From an uncultured Acidobacteriota bacterium (lineage in GTDB: Bacteria; Acidobacteriota; Vicinamibacteria; Vicinamibacterales; 2-12-FULL-66-21), in the NCBI GenBank assembly GCA_963725335.1, contig CAVRYD010000014.1, forward strand, positions 698,598 through 762,597: a DNA stretch of 64,000 nt, read 5' to 3'. Under the pieces are notes generated by a model. That model worked only from the letters and a program-made list of their open reading frames with translations, had not been told where the DNA came from and did no database searches. This document shows, in pieces, positions 37,571 through 46,665 of this stretch (positions are counted from its first letter, which is position 1; each line of letters begins with the position of its first letter). The translations under genes were made by a program, and so were the position numbers.

Positions 37571-39379
37571 GTGAGGCGTTTCTTCGCGGCCATGGCGTTG
37601 GGGTTGCTGGTATCCGCCTGCGGATCCAGCTCGACCCCTTCATCCACTTCCCCTCCCGCCACGACCACAAATCCCTGCACGACGGCGCCGGTTGAAGAAG
37701 ATCAACCGGAGCTGTCGGTCGAGGAGCAGGCCGCCGCCCGCGCGCTGAAAACCAACGTCCTCGATGGCAGCCCGCGATGGCGGGTCCTCGATGCCTTGTG
37801 GACTCATCGCGAATACGCCGACCGGAACCCCCGGACGCCGCAGGAGCGTCAGACGCTCTCTCCCCGGAACGGCGCGGACGTTGGCGAGATCGCGGTTGTG
37901 CAGGACGAGGGGGATCTCATTCTCCCGCCGAACACCTACGATCTCCGGAGTCTCGGCCTCCGATACACGCGAAATGGATCCGGCGGGTACAACGTGACGC
38001 GCATCGACGGCAACTTCCGCGCCACGCTCGGAAATCGGCTGACCCTTGGCGACGACGACAGCGCGTCCAGCGCTGTGCCATTCGGGTTTTCGTTCTACGG
38101 CAAGTCGCAGACCGCCGCCTTCGTCAATTCCGACGGCAACATCACCTTCGAAGAAGCAGACAAATCGAGCACTGAGCGCAACGTCGCGCGCCTCCTCACG
38201 GGCCCTCCGCGCGTCGCACCTTTTCTCTCCGACCTCGATCCCACGACTGGCAACGGCCGAATCTTTCTCAATGCCGCGTCCGATCAGTACACCGTGACGT
38301 GGTGCAACGTCAGGGGATTCGACACGACGCGCACGGTCACCGTGCAGACGACGCTCCTGCCCAATGGCACGATCGAGATGATCTACGGTGCGACGGTGAA
38401 CGTGGGAGACGCCATCGTCGGGCTGTCACCGGGCCGCACGGGGATTTTTACCACCGTCAACTTGAGCGATCAGGGGCCGACTGATGGCGGGAGCGGAGCG
38501 GTCGGTGAGCGGTTCGCGCAGAACGGTCAGCTGGACGTAGTCGCGTTGACGAAAAAGTTTTACGCCTCCCATCCTGACAATTACGACCAGCTCGTGCTCT
38601 GGACCGACGCGCCGGTCATCACGGACGCGTTTGCCTACGAAACGACCGTCAAGAACGAGATCCGTGGCATCGGTGTCGACACCTACGACCTGTCATCTGA
38701 TTTCGGCAGCGCCGGACGCCTTCGCAGCGTCGTCGTCATGGACTGGCTGGGCAAGTATCCCGACAACCCGGCGCAGAAATTCCTTGGTGAGAACAACACG
38801 GTGAGCGTGATGGGACAGGAATGCGGCCATCGCTGGCTCGCCTTCCTGGAGTTCCGGGATCGGACCGGACAGCGTTCGGATGTGCTCCTTGGCAGAGATC
38901 TCGCGCACTGGAGCTTTTTCTTCGACTCCGATGCATCTGTGATGGAAGGGAACGATATCGAGGATCTTGGCGGCGGATCGTTCCGGACCGTCGCGGCCGT
39001 CGAGCGATACAGCCTTCTCGATCAGTATGCGATGGGACTTGTTCCAGATACCGCCGTTCCAACGTTCTTCTACGTCGAGAACCCGACGAACATGTCGGCG
39101 AACCGGATGCCAGAGTCCGCGCCGGAGGTCGGGGTGACCTTCAATGGCACCCGCCGCGATGTTCTCATTCAGGACATTATCGCGATTGAGGGGCCGCGCT
39201 CGCCGTCGGCTGCCGACTCCGCGCGAGTGCACCGTCAGGCCTTCATCTACATCGTCTCGGCAGGCAAGAGCGCCGACGCCGGGCAGGTGTCAAAAGTAGA
39301 CACCATCCGTCGCGCATGGGAATCGTTCTTTCTGCAGGCGACCGACAGACGGATGCAGGCGATCACGACCCTTCGGTGA
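37571..39379 (+). CDS. lipoprotein of unknown function (NIDO-like N-terminal region)
   Basis: 602-aa ORF with lipobox LLVSAC. FGFSFYGKSQTAAFVNSDGNITF...APFLSDLDP...YTVTWCNV...LLPNGTIEMIYG resembles a nidogen-type NIDO pattern (memory-based, weak). No HExxH motif is present. Confidence 0.65.
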   Translation: MRRFFAAMALGLLVSACGSSSTPSSTSPPATTTNPCTTAPVEEDQPELSVEEQAAARALKTNVLDGSPRWRVLDALWTHREYADRNPRTPQERQTLSPRNGADVGEIAVVQDEGDLILPPNTYDLRSLGLRYTRNGSGGYNVTRIDGNFRATLGNRLTLGDDDSASSAVPFGFSFYGKSQTAAFVNSDGNITFEEADKSSTERNVARLLTGPPRVAPFLSDLDPTTGNGRIFLNAASDQYTVTWCNVRGFDTTRTVTVQTTLLPNGTIEMIYGATVNVGDAIVGLSPGRTGIFTTVNLSDQGPTDGGSGAVGERFAQNGQLDVVALTKKFYASHPDNYDQLVLWTDAPVITDAFAYETTVKNEIRGIGVDTYDLSSDFGSAGRLRSVVVMDWLGKYPDNPAQKFLGENNTVSVMGQECGHRWLAFLEFRDRTGQRSDVLLGRDLAHWSFFFDSDASVMEGNDIEDLGGGSFRTVAAVERYSLLDQYAMGLVPDTAVPTFFYVENPTNMSANRMPESAPEVGVTFNGTRRDVLIQDIIAIEGPRSPSAADSARVHRQAFIYIVSAGKSADAGQVSKVDTIRRAWESFFLQATDRRMQAITTLR

Positions 39380-39443
39380 CGCGCTCCCACGGCTGACGCG
39401 GCGGGCGGCGACTGGCTTCCCAACCGCGTCTATAATTCCCGGA

Positions 39444-41837
39444 ATGAAACAGTTTGTAGTCGCGACGCTGCTGGCGCTCACGACCGCGCCGTTCGCGGCG
39501 CAATCGCCAGTCCCAGCGTCTGCGGATCAAACGGTCCTCCTCAAAAACCTGGACGGCATCGAGCCGCTCGTACGGCAGGCGATCGGAGAAAAGAAACTGC
39601 CCGGCGCGGTCGTGCTCATAGGGCGTGGTGATCGCATCCTGTACGAGAAGGCGATTGGCAACCGTGCGCTCGTTCCTGCCCAGGAGCCAATGACGCTCGA
39701 TACGATCTTCGACATTGCATCGTTGACGAAGGTCGTCGCGACGACCACGAGCGTCATGATGCTCGTCGAAGAGGGGAAAATCCGCTTATCCGATCGCGTG
39801 TCGTCATTCATCCCCGGGTTCGAGCGCTACGGAAAGGCTGACATCACGATTCGGCATCTGATGACGCACATGTCCGGGTTGCGCCCGGACGTCGACCTGG
39901 CCGACATGTGGAGCGGTTATGAAACGGCAATTGGCCTGGCGATCGAAGAGGTTCCAACCTCGTCCGCCGGTGAACGGTTCGTCTACAGCGACATCAACTA
40001 CTTTCTTCTGGGGGACATCGTTCGCCGTGTCAGCGGGGAGCCACTCGACCGTTTCGCGCACGATCGGATCTTCGCGCCGCTGGGAATGAAGGACACGATG
40101 TTTCTCCCGCCTGCAACCACTTGGCCGCGCATCGCGCCGACCGAAAGCTGCACGCCCCTTGGATGGCCCTGTGAGGGACCAGGCATGTCGATGCTGCGTG
40201 GCGTGGTCCACGATCCGACCGCAAGGCGCATGGGCGGCGTCGCGGGTCACGCCGGCCTTTTCAGCACGGCCGCGGATCTCACGATTTTCTGCCGGATGCT
40301 CCTGAACGGCGGCGCGTATCGTGGCGCCCGCGTCCTGTCGCCGCTGACGGTCGCCAAAATGACGACGCCGGCGACAGCGCCTGGAGAGCGCAGCGTGCGC
40401 GGCCTCGGCTGGGACATCGACTCTGCCTATTCGTCGAATCGCGGCGAGCTGCTGCCGGTCGGATCGTTCGGACACACCGGATTCACGGGCACCTCGCTGT
40501 GGATCGATCCGGTCACCGACATGTTCGTGATCTTCCTGTCGAACCGCGTCCACCCGGACGGAAAGGGAGACGTGACGCCTCTTCGTGCCCGCGTCGCGAC
40601 GATCGCCGCGTCCGTGATCGGCGACGTTTCGCCGGCCGTTCGATCGTCCTCCGCCTGGACCGGCCGCGACTTCGGACCGTCCGGTACGCCACCGCCAGCC
40701 CCCCCGCCTGTGCCCGTGCTCAGCGGGATCGACGTTCTGCGGGCGAATGGTTTTGCTGCGCTTCAAGGCAAGCGGGTTGGCCTGCTGACCAATCACACCG
40801 GCCGCGCGCGCGACGGCGCCACGACGATCGATCTCCTCCATGCCGCGAAGGGGCTCACGCTGGCGCGACTGTTCAGCCCTGAGCACGGCATTCGCGGCAT
40901 TCTCGATGCGAGCGTGCCGTCGAGTACCGACGAGACCGGGTTGACGATCCAGTCGCTCTATGGCGATACGCGCCGGCCGACCGCCGCGATGCTCGCCGGC
41001 ATCGACACGATGGTGATCGATCTTCAGGACATTGGGGCGCGGTTCTACACGTACATGACCACGATGGCGTACGTGATGGAAGAGGCTGCGAAGAACAAGG
41101 TCGCGGTGGTCGTGCTGGATCGTCCGAATCCAATCAATGGCTTTCAGATTGAGGGGCCGACGCTCGATAAAGCGGCCCTGAGCTTCGTCGGCTACTTCCC
41201 GATGCCGATCCGGCACGGGATGACGCTCGGAGAGCTCGCGCAGCTGTTCAACACTGAAAACAGGATCGGTGTCGAGCTGACCGTCATTCCGGTCCGCAAC
41301 TGGAAGCGTGACGAATGGTTCGATGCGACCGGACTTCCGTGGATCAACCCGTCGCCGAACATGCGCAACCTGATCCAGGCGACGCTGTATCCGGGCATCG
41401 GCGCCATCGAAGGCACCAATGTCTCGGTCGGCCGCGGCACCGATACGCCGTTCGAACAGGTCGGAGCGCCGTGGATCGACGGCGTCGCGCTATCCGACGC
41501 GCTCAACGCCCGTGGCATTCCCGGCATCCGTTTCTACCCGGTACGCTTCACGCCCGCGTCCAGCAAGTTCGCCAATGAGGAGTGTGGCGGCGTGTTCATG
41601 ATCGTCACCGATCGCGCGGCCGTCCGGCCCGTGCGGGTCGGCGTCGAGATTGCGTCCATGCTCAACAAGCTGTACGGCGCAAAGTACGAACTCGAGTCCG
41701 CCGATCGCCTGTTCGGCTCGAAGGAAGGCCTGACCCGGATCCGCTCCGGCGCAGATCCCGTCGACATCGTGACCAGCTGGGCCGCCGGGGAAGCGAAGTG
41801 GCGGCAGCTGCGAAACCAGTACCTGCTCTATCGATAG
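39444..41837 (+). CDS. fusion protein: beta-lactamase-fold serine hydrolase (AmiE/PBP4*-like) + DUF1343/NamZ-like exo-N-acetylmuramidase
   Basis: 797-aa ORF with a signal peptide. The N-terminal half has SxxK (ASLTKVV), YSDINY and FGHTGFTG. The C-terminal half has LSGIDVL...GKRVGLLTNHTG...LFSPEHG, typical of DUF1343. Confidence 0.8.
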   Translation: MKQFVVATLLALTTAPFAAQSPVPASADQTVLLKNLDGIEPLVRQAIGEKKLPGAVVLIGRGDRILYEKAIGNRALVPAQEPMTLDTIFDIASLTKVVATTTSVMMLVEEGKIRLSDRVSSFIPGFERYGKADITIRHLMTHMSGLRPDVDLADMWSGYETAIGLAIEEVPTSSAGERFVYSDINYFLLGDIVRRVSGEPLDRFAHDRIFAPLGMKDTMFLPPATTWPRIAPTESCTPLGWPCEGPGMSMLRGVVHDPTARRMGGVAGHAGLFSTAADLTIFCRMLLNGGAYRGARVLSPLTVAKMTTPATAPGERSVRGLGWDIDSAYSSNRGELLPVGSFGHTGFTGTSLWIDPVTDMFVIFLSNRVHPDGKGDVTPLRARVATIAASVIGDVSPAVRSSSAWTGRDFGPSGTPPPAPPPVPVLSGIDVLRANGFAALQGKRVGLLTNHTGRARDGATTIDLLHAAKGLTLARLFSPEHGIRGILDASVPSSTDETGLTIQSLYGDTRRPTAAMLAGIDTMVIDLQDIGARFYTYMTTMAYVMEEAAKNKVAVVVLDRPNPINGFQIEGPTLDKAALSFVGYFPMPIRHGMTLGELAQLFNTENRIGVELTVIPVRNWKRDEWFDATGLPWINPSPNMRNLIQATLYPGIGAIEGTNVSVGRGTDTPFEQVGAPWIDGVALSDALNARGIPGIRFYPVRFTPASSKFANEECGGVFMIVTDRAAVRPVRVGVEIASMLNKLYGAKYELESADRLFGSKEGLTRIRSGADPVDIVTSWAAGEAKWRQLRNQYLLYR

Positions 41838-41857
41838 CCGTCAGAGGGAGCGACCGC

Positions 41858-42250
41858 ATGCCGAAGCTGAATGCCGAACATGTTGCGCTGAACGTCCGTG
41901 AACCGGCCGCCATGGCCGCGTGGTACGTCGAGCACCTGGGCATGCGCATCGTCAGACAGTCGACGGTTGCCCCCTACATCCATTTCATCGCCGACGCTGC
42001 TGGTCGCACCGTCATCGAAATCTACAGCAACCCCATCGATCAGATTCCGGACTACGCCTCGATGCACCCGTTCCGCCTCCACCTTGCGTTCGCGGCTCCC
42101 GATCCCGATGCCTCGCGGGCGGCGCTCGTCGCTGCAGGTGCCTCGTTGGTCGACGATCAGACGCGGGACGACGGGACGCGCCTGATCATGCTGCGCGATC
42201 CCTGGGGGCTCGCGCTTCAGCTCTGCAAGCGTCCGCAGCCGCTCCTGTAG
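41858..42250 (+). CDS. VOC/glyoxalase-family protein
   Basis: ORF track 41582..42250 trimmed to ATG 41858, preceded by GAGGGAG. 130 aa with HVALNVREPAAMAAWYVEHLGM and HLAF...DPWGLALQL. Confidence 0.8.
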   Translation: MPKLNAEHVALNVREPAAMAAWYVEHLGMRIVRQSTVAPYIHFIADAAGRTVIEIYSNPIDQIPDYASMHPFRLHLAFAAPDPDASRAALVAAGASLVDDQTRDDGTRLIMLRDPWGLALQLCKRPQPLL

Positions 42251-42274
42251 GCCATTCCGACTTGTAGGCAGCCC

Positions 42275-42337
42275 GAGTCGCGAGCCGCGAATCGCGAGCC
42301 GCGAGCCGCGAATGGCGAGCCGCGAGTCGCGAATCGC
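42275..42337. repeat. nine in-phase heptamers GAGTCGC GAGCCGC GAATCGC GAGCCGC GAGCCGC GAATGGC GAGCCGC GAGTCGC GAATCGC
   Basis: Counted base by base from 42275; there are exactly 63 nt with no phase slip. Confidence 0.85.
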
Positions 42338-42364
42338 TATACCGGATCGAATAGGATCTGGCGC

Positions 42365-42934
42365 ATGGAGACCGTGCGCGGGCACGAGTTGGCGGGCAGC
42401 CGTCTTGTCGGCGCGCTACCCTCGAACGACATGGTGGCCCTTTGGCGGGAGGTCACGTCCGGCATCGTGAAGCACGGGTTCGTGATCGAGTATCGTGATC
42501 TCGAGCCACCGCGGACTGGCATCTTTGATGGCCTTCGCATCGTCATCGATCCCGATGTCGGATTCGAGATGCAGTGCTTCCTCCTGCTGCACCTTTTTGG
42601 TCACTCCGTGCAATGGGTCGCGCCGTCGATCGAACACAAGCTCTCCGATCTCCAGCATACCGAAGACAAATCCCGGTTCATGCAGGTCCTCCACGATTAC
42701 GAGCGCGAGGCCGCTGGTTTCGCCATGCAGCTGATGCGCGAGCGCGGCGTGACGACGCTCGATCAGTGGTTCAGCGATTTCGTGGAGACCGACTGGCGCT
42801 ATGTCGAGCGTTATTACCAAACGGACAAGCTGCCGCCATGGGAGGAGTGCGTCGTGCGCGGCGCCGCCATGATTACTCCGACGCCCATTCCGGTGCTCAA
42901 ACACCGTCAGGTCGAGGTGCGGTTCGCCTTTTGA
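42365..42934 (+). CDS. hypothetical protein
   Basis: 189-aa ORF with normal composition and no family I recognise. It contains HLFGHSVQW. Confidence 0.5.
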   Translation: METVRGHELAGSRLVGALPSNDMVALWREVTSGIVKHGFVIEYRDLEPPRTGIFDGLRIVIDPDVGFEMQCFLLLHLFGHSVQWVAPSIEHKLSDLQHTEDKSRFMQVLHDYEREAAGFAMQLMRERGVTTLDQWFSDFVETDWRYVERYYQTDKLPPWEECVVRGAAMITPTPIPVLKHRQVEVRFAF

Positions 42935-42948
42935 TGGCGCGTCCCTCG

Positions 42949-42967
42949 ATCGAAGCCCCTCTTCGAT
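42949..42967 (+). terminator. possible weak intrinsic terminator
   Basis: ATCGAAG-cccct-CTTCGAT hairpin lies 15 nt after the stop at 42934 and is followed by tggttcttcc, a poor T tract. Confidence 0.3.
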
Positions 42968-43135
42968 TGGTTCTTCCCGGCTCAGACTTTCGAAGATCTC
43001 GGCAAATCCGACCGGCGACCCTGTGGTCCGTCGCTTCGCGCGCACAGGTGTGACCGGCAGTCACGCTTCGATTGCGCTATCTTGTTGATCGCAAACGGCT
43101 TCGCTATGGGCTCATTCCTTGCTCTCTCTGAGGGC

Positions 43136-44663
43136 ATGCGCACACTTGGACTCCTCCTCACCCTGCTGGTCACCACGCCGCAGGCCGCGACGGATCAGAA
43201 GCTCGCCGTGCCGGAAGGCACCATCATCACATCGGCGCAGGTGACCGGCTTCGACATCGATCGACTGAGTCCCGGCCTGCGCGAGGCGATTCGTGCGCTT
43301 GCGGGCACACCTCTCAATCAGGAACACCTCGACGAGCTCGCCGCCCGTCTCGAGGCCGAGCGACCGCATTACGTCGCAGCAACTCGTGCCGTGATGGATC
43401 CGGGCGGGCAGGCCCGCGTGTTCTTCGTCATGGGCCGCCAGGACCCACCCGATCGCGAGGACAACGTCAACTCGCGCTACATCGTCGAGCAGGCGGACAT
43501 CAGTGGTGTGCCCGACGCCGAGCTGTCACAGGCGCTGCGCGACGACCTGCATGCGGTCGTCGGCAAGCGCCTCGATTCCGAAGAGGCAGTTCGGCTGCGG
43601 GAGCGCATCGACCGCGAGCTGCCGGGCTACGACGTGTCGCGCCGTATCGAGCGGGGGACGGAGGTGGGCCGCATCCGGCTCATCTACGAAGCTCGGAAGA
43701 AGGCGTTGCCAAGTTGGCTGCGCTTCGAGCCGATTCGATCGAATCTCGTTTATCACTCCGAGCAGGGTGGCGGAGCGGTCCTGGGACATCAACATTGGCG
43801 ACCGTAACATCCGCTTCACACCGATTTTTGCGCTCGACTACGCGGACGATCTCGTCGAGGAGTACTCGGGCTACGGGTTGCGCTTCGAAACGAGGAAACT
43901 CGGCACTCGCCGGCTCGGCGCGAGCTTCGAGTGGTCCTCGTTCGATCAGGACTGGCGTGCCGCTACGCTGGACGTGCTCGCGCTCTCCCCGGAAATACCA
44001 CAGCCGTACGATACGCGATCGACGATCACGCCGCTGTTGAAGTTCGCCTTCAGCCCTGACCTCAGCATCGCCGGGGGCATGAGCATTACCGAGCTGGAAC
44101 CGATCGTCCCGACAACCGGCTCACAGATGGCGAACGCGGTCGTCGCCTCCATCGAGTACGACCGGCGCTGGAAGGACGGATCCAACGGCAACCACCACGC
44201 GGAGGGCAGCTTCGGCGTTCACGCCGGCTCCCGCGAACTCGAAAGCGATCTCACCTACACGCGATACTTCGGTCAGGGTTCCTACCGATTCGACTTCGGA
44301 CACCACCACCTCCAGGCGACCGGCATGGCGGGAGGGATCACCGGTCATGCGCCAATCTTCGAACGGTTCACGCTCGGCGACTCAACGACGCTGCGGGGTT
44401 GGGACAAATACGACATTGCACCCGCTGGTGGCGATCGTATGGCTTACTCGTCGATCGAGTATCGCTACACCGGGCTGGCGCTTTTTCTCGACATCGGGTC
44501 GGTCTGGAACGCAAACAGCGAGAGCCACGTCCGTGTCTCAACTGGTTTCGGTTTTCATGCGGGCCCGGCATTCCTTGTGGTTGGCTTCCCGCTGAACACC
44601 GATAACCTGACCGCCGTCCTGACGATGGGTGTGCGGATCCCTGGGGTTGGTATCCGGTGGTAG
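43136..44663 (+). pseudogene. Omp85/surface-antigen (D15) family outer-membrane beta-barrel with POTRA-like N-terminus, one +1 frame break
   Basis: Pieces are ORF 43082..43807 (signal peptide MRTLGLLLTLLVTTPQAAT from ATG 43136, with GAGGG upstream) and ORF 43503..44663 (..FTLGDSTTLRGWDKY...SSIEYRY...LFLDIGSVW..). The junction is near 43760-43790. 1528 nt minus 1 is a multiple of 3. Confidence 0.7.
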
Positions 44664-45259
44664 CACCGCTGCGGCGAGCCACTGTGGTGTTGCTTGCCCT
44701 GCTGGCATGTCCCGTCGCGCGATCATCAGCCCAGGTGTTGACCATCGACACCGTTGGCGGCGCGGTGAAGATCCGCGCGCCCGGTTTCAGCTTCGTGAAG
44801 GGAGAGCCGCTCGCTCGATTGAAGGATGGCCGATCGGTGCGTGTAGAGCTTGCCGCGATCGTGCTTCCCGGCCCTGGTAAGCCGCCCGCGGCAACGACGC
44901 GGCGGGTTTTCGCGTTGAGCTACGATCTCTGGGAAGAACGATTCGCCGTGACCTCGGTTGAAACGCGCTCCCAGTCCGTGTCGCACCTGACGCTGCCAGC
45001 CGCCGAGGCCTGGTGCGTCGACCAGATTGCGATCCCCCTCACTGCGCTCGGCGCGTTGGGCCGCGATCTGCCGTTCTGGATTCGGCTCGAGTACCGCATA
45101 CTGGATGGCGACGCCCCATCAGAGTCGTCGGACCCGGGCTACACGCTGCAGGCGCTCATCGACGCCCTGAGTCGCCGCCGGAAGACCGAGTCGTCGCCGC
45201 GCGCTCTCGAAGGCGGTCCGTTCAAGCTGCCACAGCGTGGGTCGTCCTCTTCGCGATGA
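44657..45259 (+). CDS. secreted protein of unknown function (occupies the position of DUF4390 proteins upstream of ntrY)
   Basis: 200-aa ORF starting at GTG, with signal peptide VVLLALLACPVARSSAQ. It overlaps the upstream gene by 7 nt and the kinase gene by 4 nt. The DUF4390 idea is memory-based. Confidence 0.55.
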   Translation: MVAPLRRATVVLLALLACPVARSSAQVLTIDTVGGAVKIRAPGFSFVKGEPLARLKDGRSVRVELAAIVLPGPGKPPAATTRRVFALSYDLWEERFAVTSVETRSQSVSHLTLPAAEAWCVDQIAIPLTALGALGRDLPFWIRLEYRILDGDAPSESSDPGYTLQALIDALSRRRKTESSPRALEGGPFKLPQRGSSSSR

Positions 45260-46665
45260 CTCTTCGCAACCGCCTCATCGCAGCCTTCCTTGCGTCAACC
45301 CTCCTGCCGCTCGCCGCAACCGTCTGGATTACAACGACGCTCCTCGACCGAAGCCTCCGATACGCGACAACGGGAGAACTCGATCGCCTTTCGCGCACGC
45401 TCGAAAGCACCGCGAAGCAGTTCTACCAGCGGGAACGCGACGCGTTGAAACAGGACGCGCTGGCGGGCCGGACACCGCCGACGATGTACGCGGCGGTGGA
45501 TGCGCCGCAGTGGCCCGAATCCATTCGATCGTTCTGGGAGAGTGGCGAGGCCGAGCGGTTCGGCATTTCGGGAGCCGGCGGCGCGCGCGTGGACTACATG
45601 CGGCGCGTGGAGAAACCCGGCCGTCGGCCGGGCATCGAGATCTACAGTCGCGACCTGGGAGGCGTCAGCATGGAACAGCTGTCCACCCAGGTGCGAGAGA
45701 CCCGTCGCCTCGTGGATACGATCGATGCGCGCGACCTGCGCCGCGGGTTTACTCTGACGCTGCTCGTGCTGCTGGGCGCGGCCTGGCTCATCTCGCTGCT
45801 CCCGCTGGTCCTGATCGCTCACCGCGTCAGCCGGCCGATTGAGCAGCTCACCGCGGCGCTCACCGATTTCGCCGGCGGAGACTGGTCGCGAAGGTTAGAG
45901 ACCGGCGGAAAACCTGGCGTTCCGCCTCGCGACGAGGTGACCCGGGCCGTCGAGGCGTTCAACCACATGGCGGATCAACTCGAAGAGAACCGCGAGCGGC
46001 TCGTTCACCTGACGCGCATGGCAAGCTGGCAGTCGCTGGCGCGCAAGACCGCCCACGAGTTGAAGAACTCGCTCACGCCGATCCGCCTGACGGTTGAGGA
46101 GATGCAGGCGCGGCAGCCAGCCTCCGAGCGGGCGTTCATGGATCAGGCTGTCCAGATTGTCGTCAGCGAAATCGAATCGCTGGAGCGGCGCGTGCGGGCG
46201 TTCTCTGAATTTGCGAGCGAGCCGCTGGTGCACCCCGAGGTTCTCGACATCAATGCTGTCGTTAGCGAACGGGTTGCGCTGCTGCGTCCGGTGCATCCGG
46301 GCGTGACGTATCATCTCCGGCTCGACGACGGCCGTCCCCGCGCACGGGCGGCGCCGGACATGGTGAATGGAATCCTGACCAACCTCCTGCAGAATGCCGC
46401 GGAAGCGGCCGGGCCCGATGGAACCGTCGTCGTCCTGACGCGAGGCGACGCTCAACGCGTGCTGATCGACGTGCACGACTCCGGACCAGGCCTGAGCGAG
46501 GAGGTCTCCGCGACGTTGTTCGAGCCCACGATTACCTTCAAGAAGCACGGTATGGGTCTCGGCCTGTCCATTGCCAAGAAGAACGCGCTGTTGTCCGGCG
46601 GGGACGTCGCGGTGGTCCCCGGCGAGCTTGGCGGCGCCGGCTTCAGGATCACACTGCCGTCATGA
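45256..46665 (+). CDS. sensor histidine kinase, NtrY-like (TM-HAMP-HisKA-HATPase)
   Basis: ORF track 45013..46665 trimmed to ATG 45256 (MTLRNRLIAAFLASTLLPL). Second TM and HAMP domain, H-box AHELKNSLTPIRL, and the ATPase regions NLLQNAAEA, DSGPG and GMGLGL. Confidence 0.85.
   Translation: MTLRNRLIAAFLASTLLPLAATVWITTTLLDRSLRYATTGELDRLSRTLESTAKQFYQRERDALKQDALAGRTPPTMYAAVDAPQWPESIRSFWESGEAERFGISGAGGARVDYMRRVEKPGRRPGIEIYSRDLGGVSMEQLSTQVRETRRLVDTIDARDLRRGFTLTLLVLLGAAWLISLLPLVLIAHRVSRPIEQLTAALTDFAGGDWSRRLETGGKPGVPPRDEVTRAVEAFNHMADQLEENRERLVHLTRMASWQSLARKTAHELKNSLTPIRLTVEEMQARQPASERAFMDQAVQIVVSEIESLERRVRAFSEFASEPLVHPEVLDINAVVSERVALLRPVHPGVTYHLRLDDGRPRARAAPDMVNGILTNLLQNAAEAAGPDGTVVVLTRGDAQRVLIDVHDSGPGLSEEVSATLFEPTITFKKHGMGLGLSIAKKNALLSGGDVAVVPGELGGAGFRITLPS

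Noticed and set aside
36343-37680. 445-aa minus-strand ORF
   Set aside because: It is antisense to the TPR/CarboxypepD_reg gene, which has an RBS, a signal peptide and repeats. The antisense frame has no recognisable features.
39804-41216. 470-aa minus-strand ORF
   Set aside because: It is antisense to the beta-lactamase-fold/DUF1343 fusion gene and is extremely Arg-rich.
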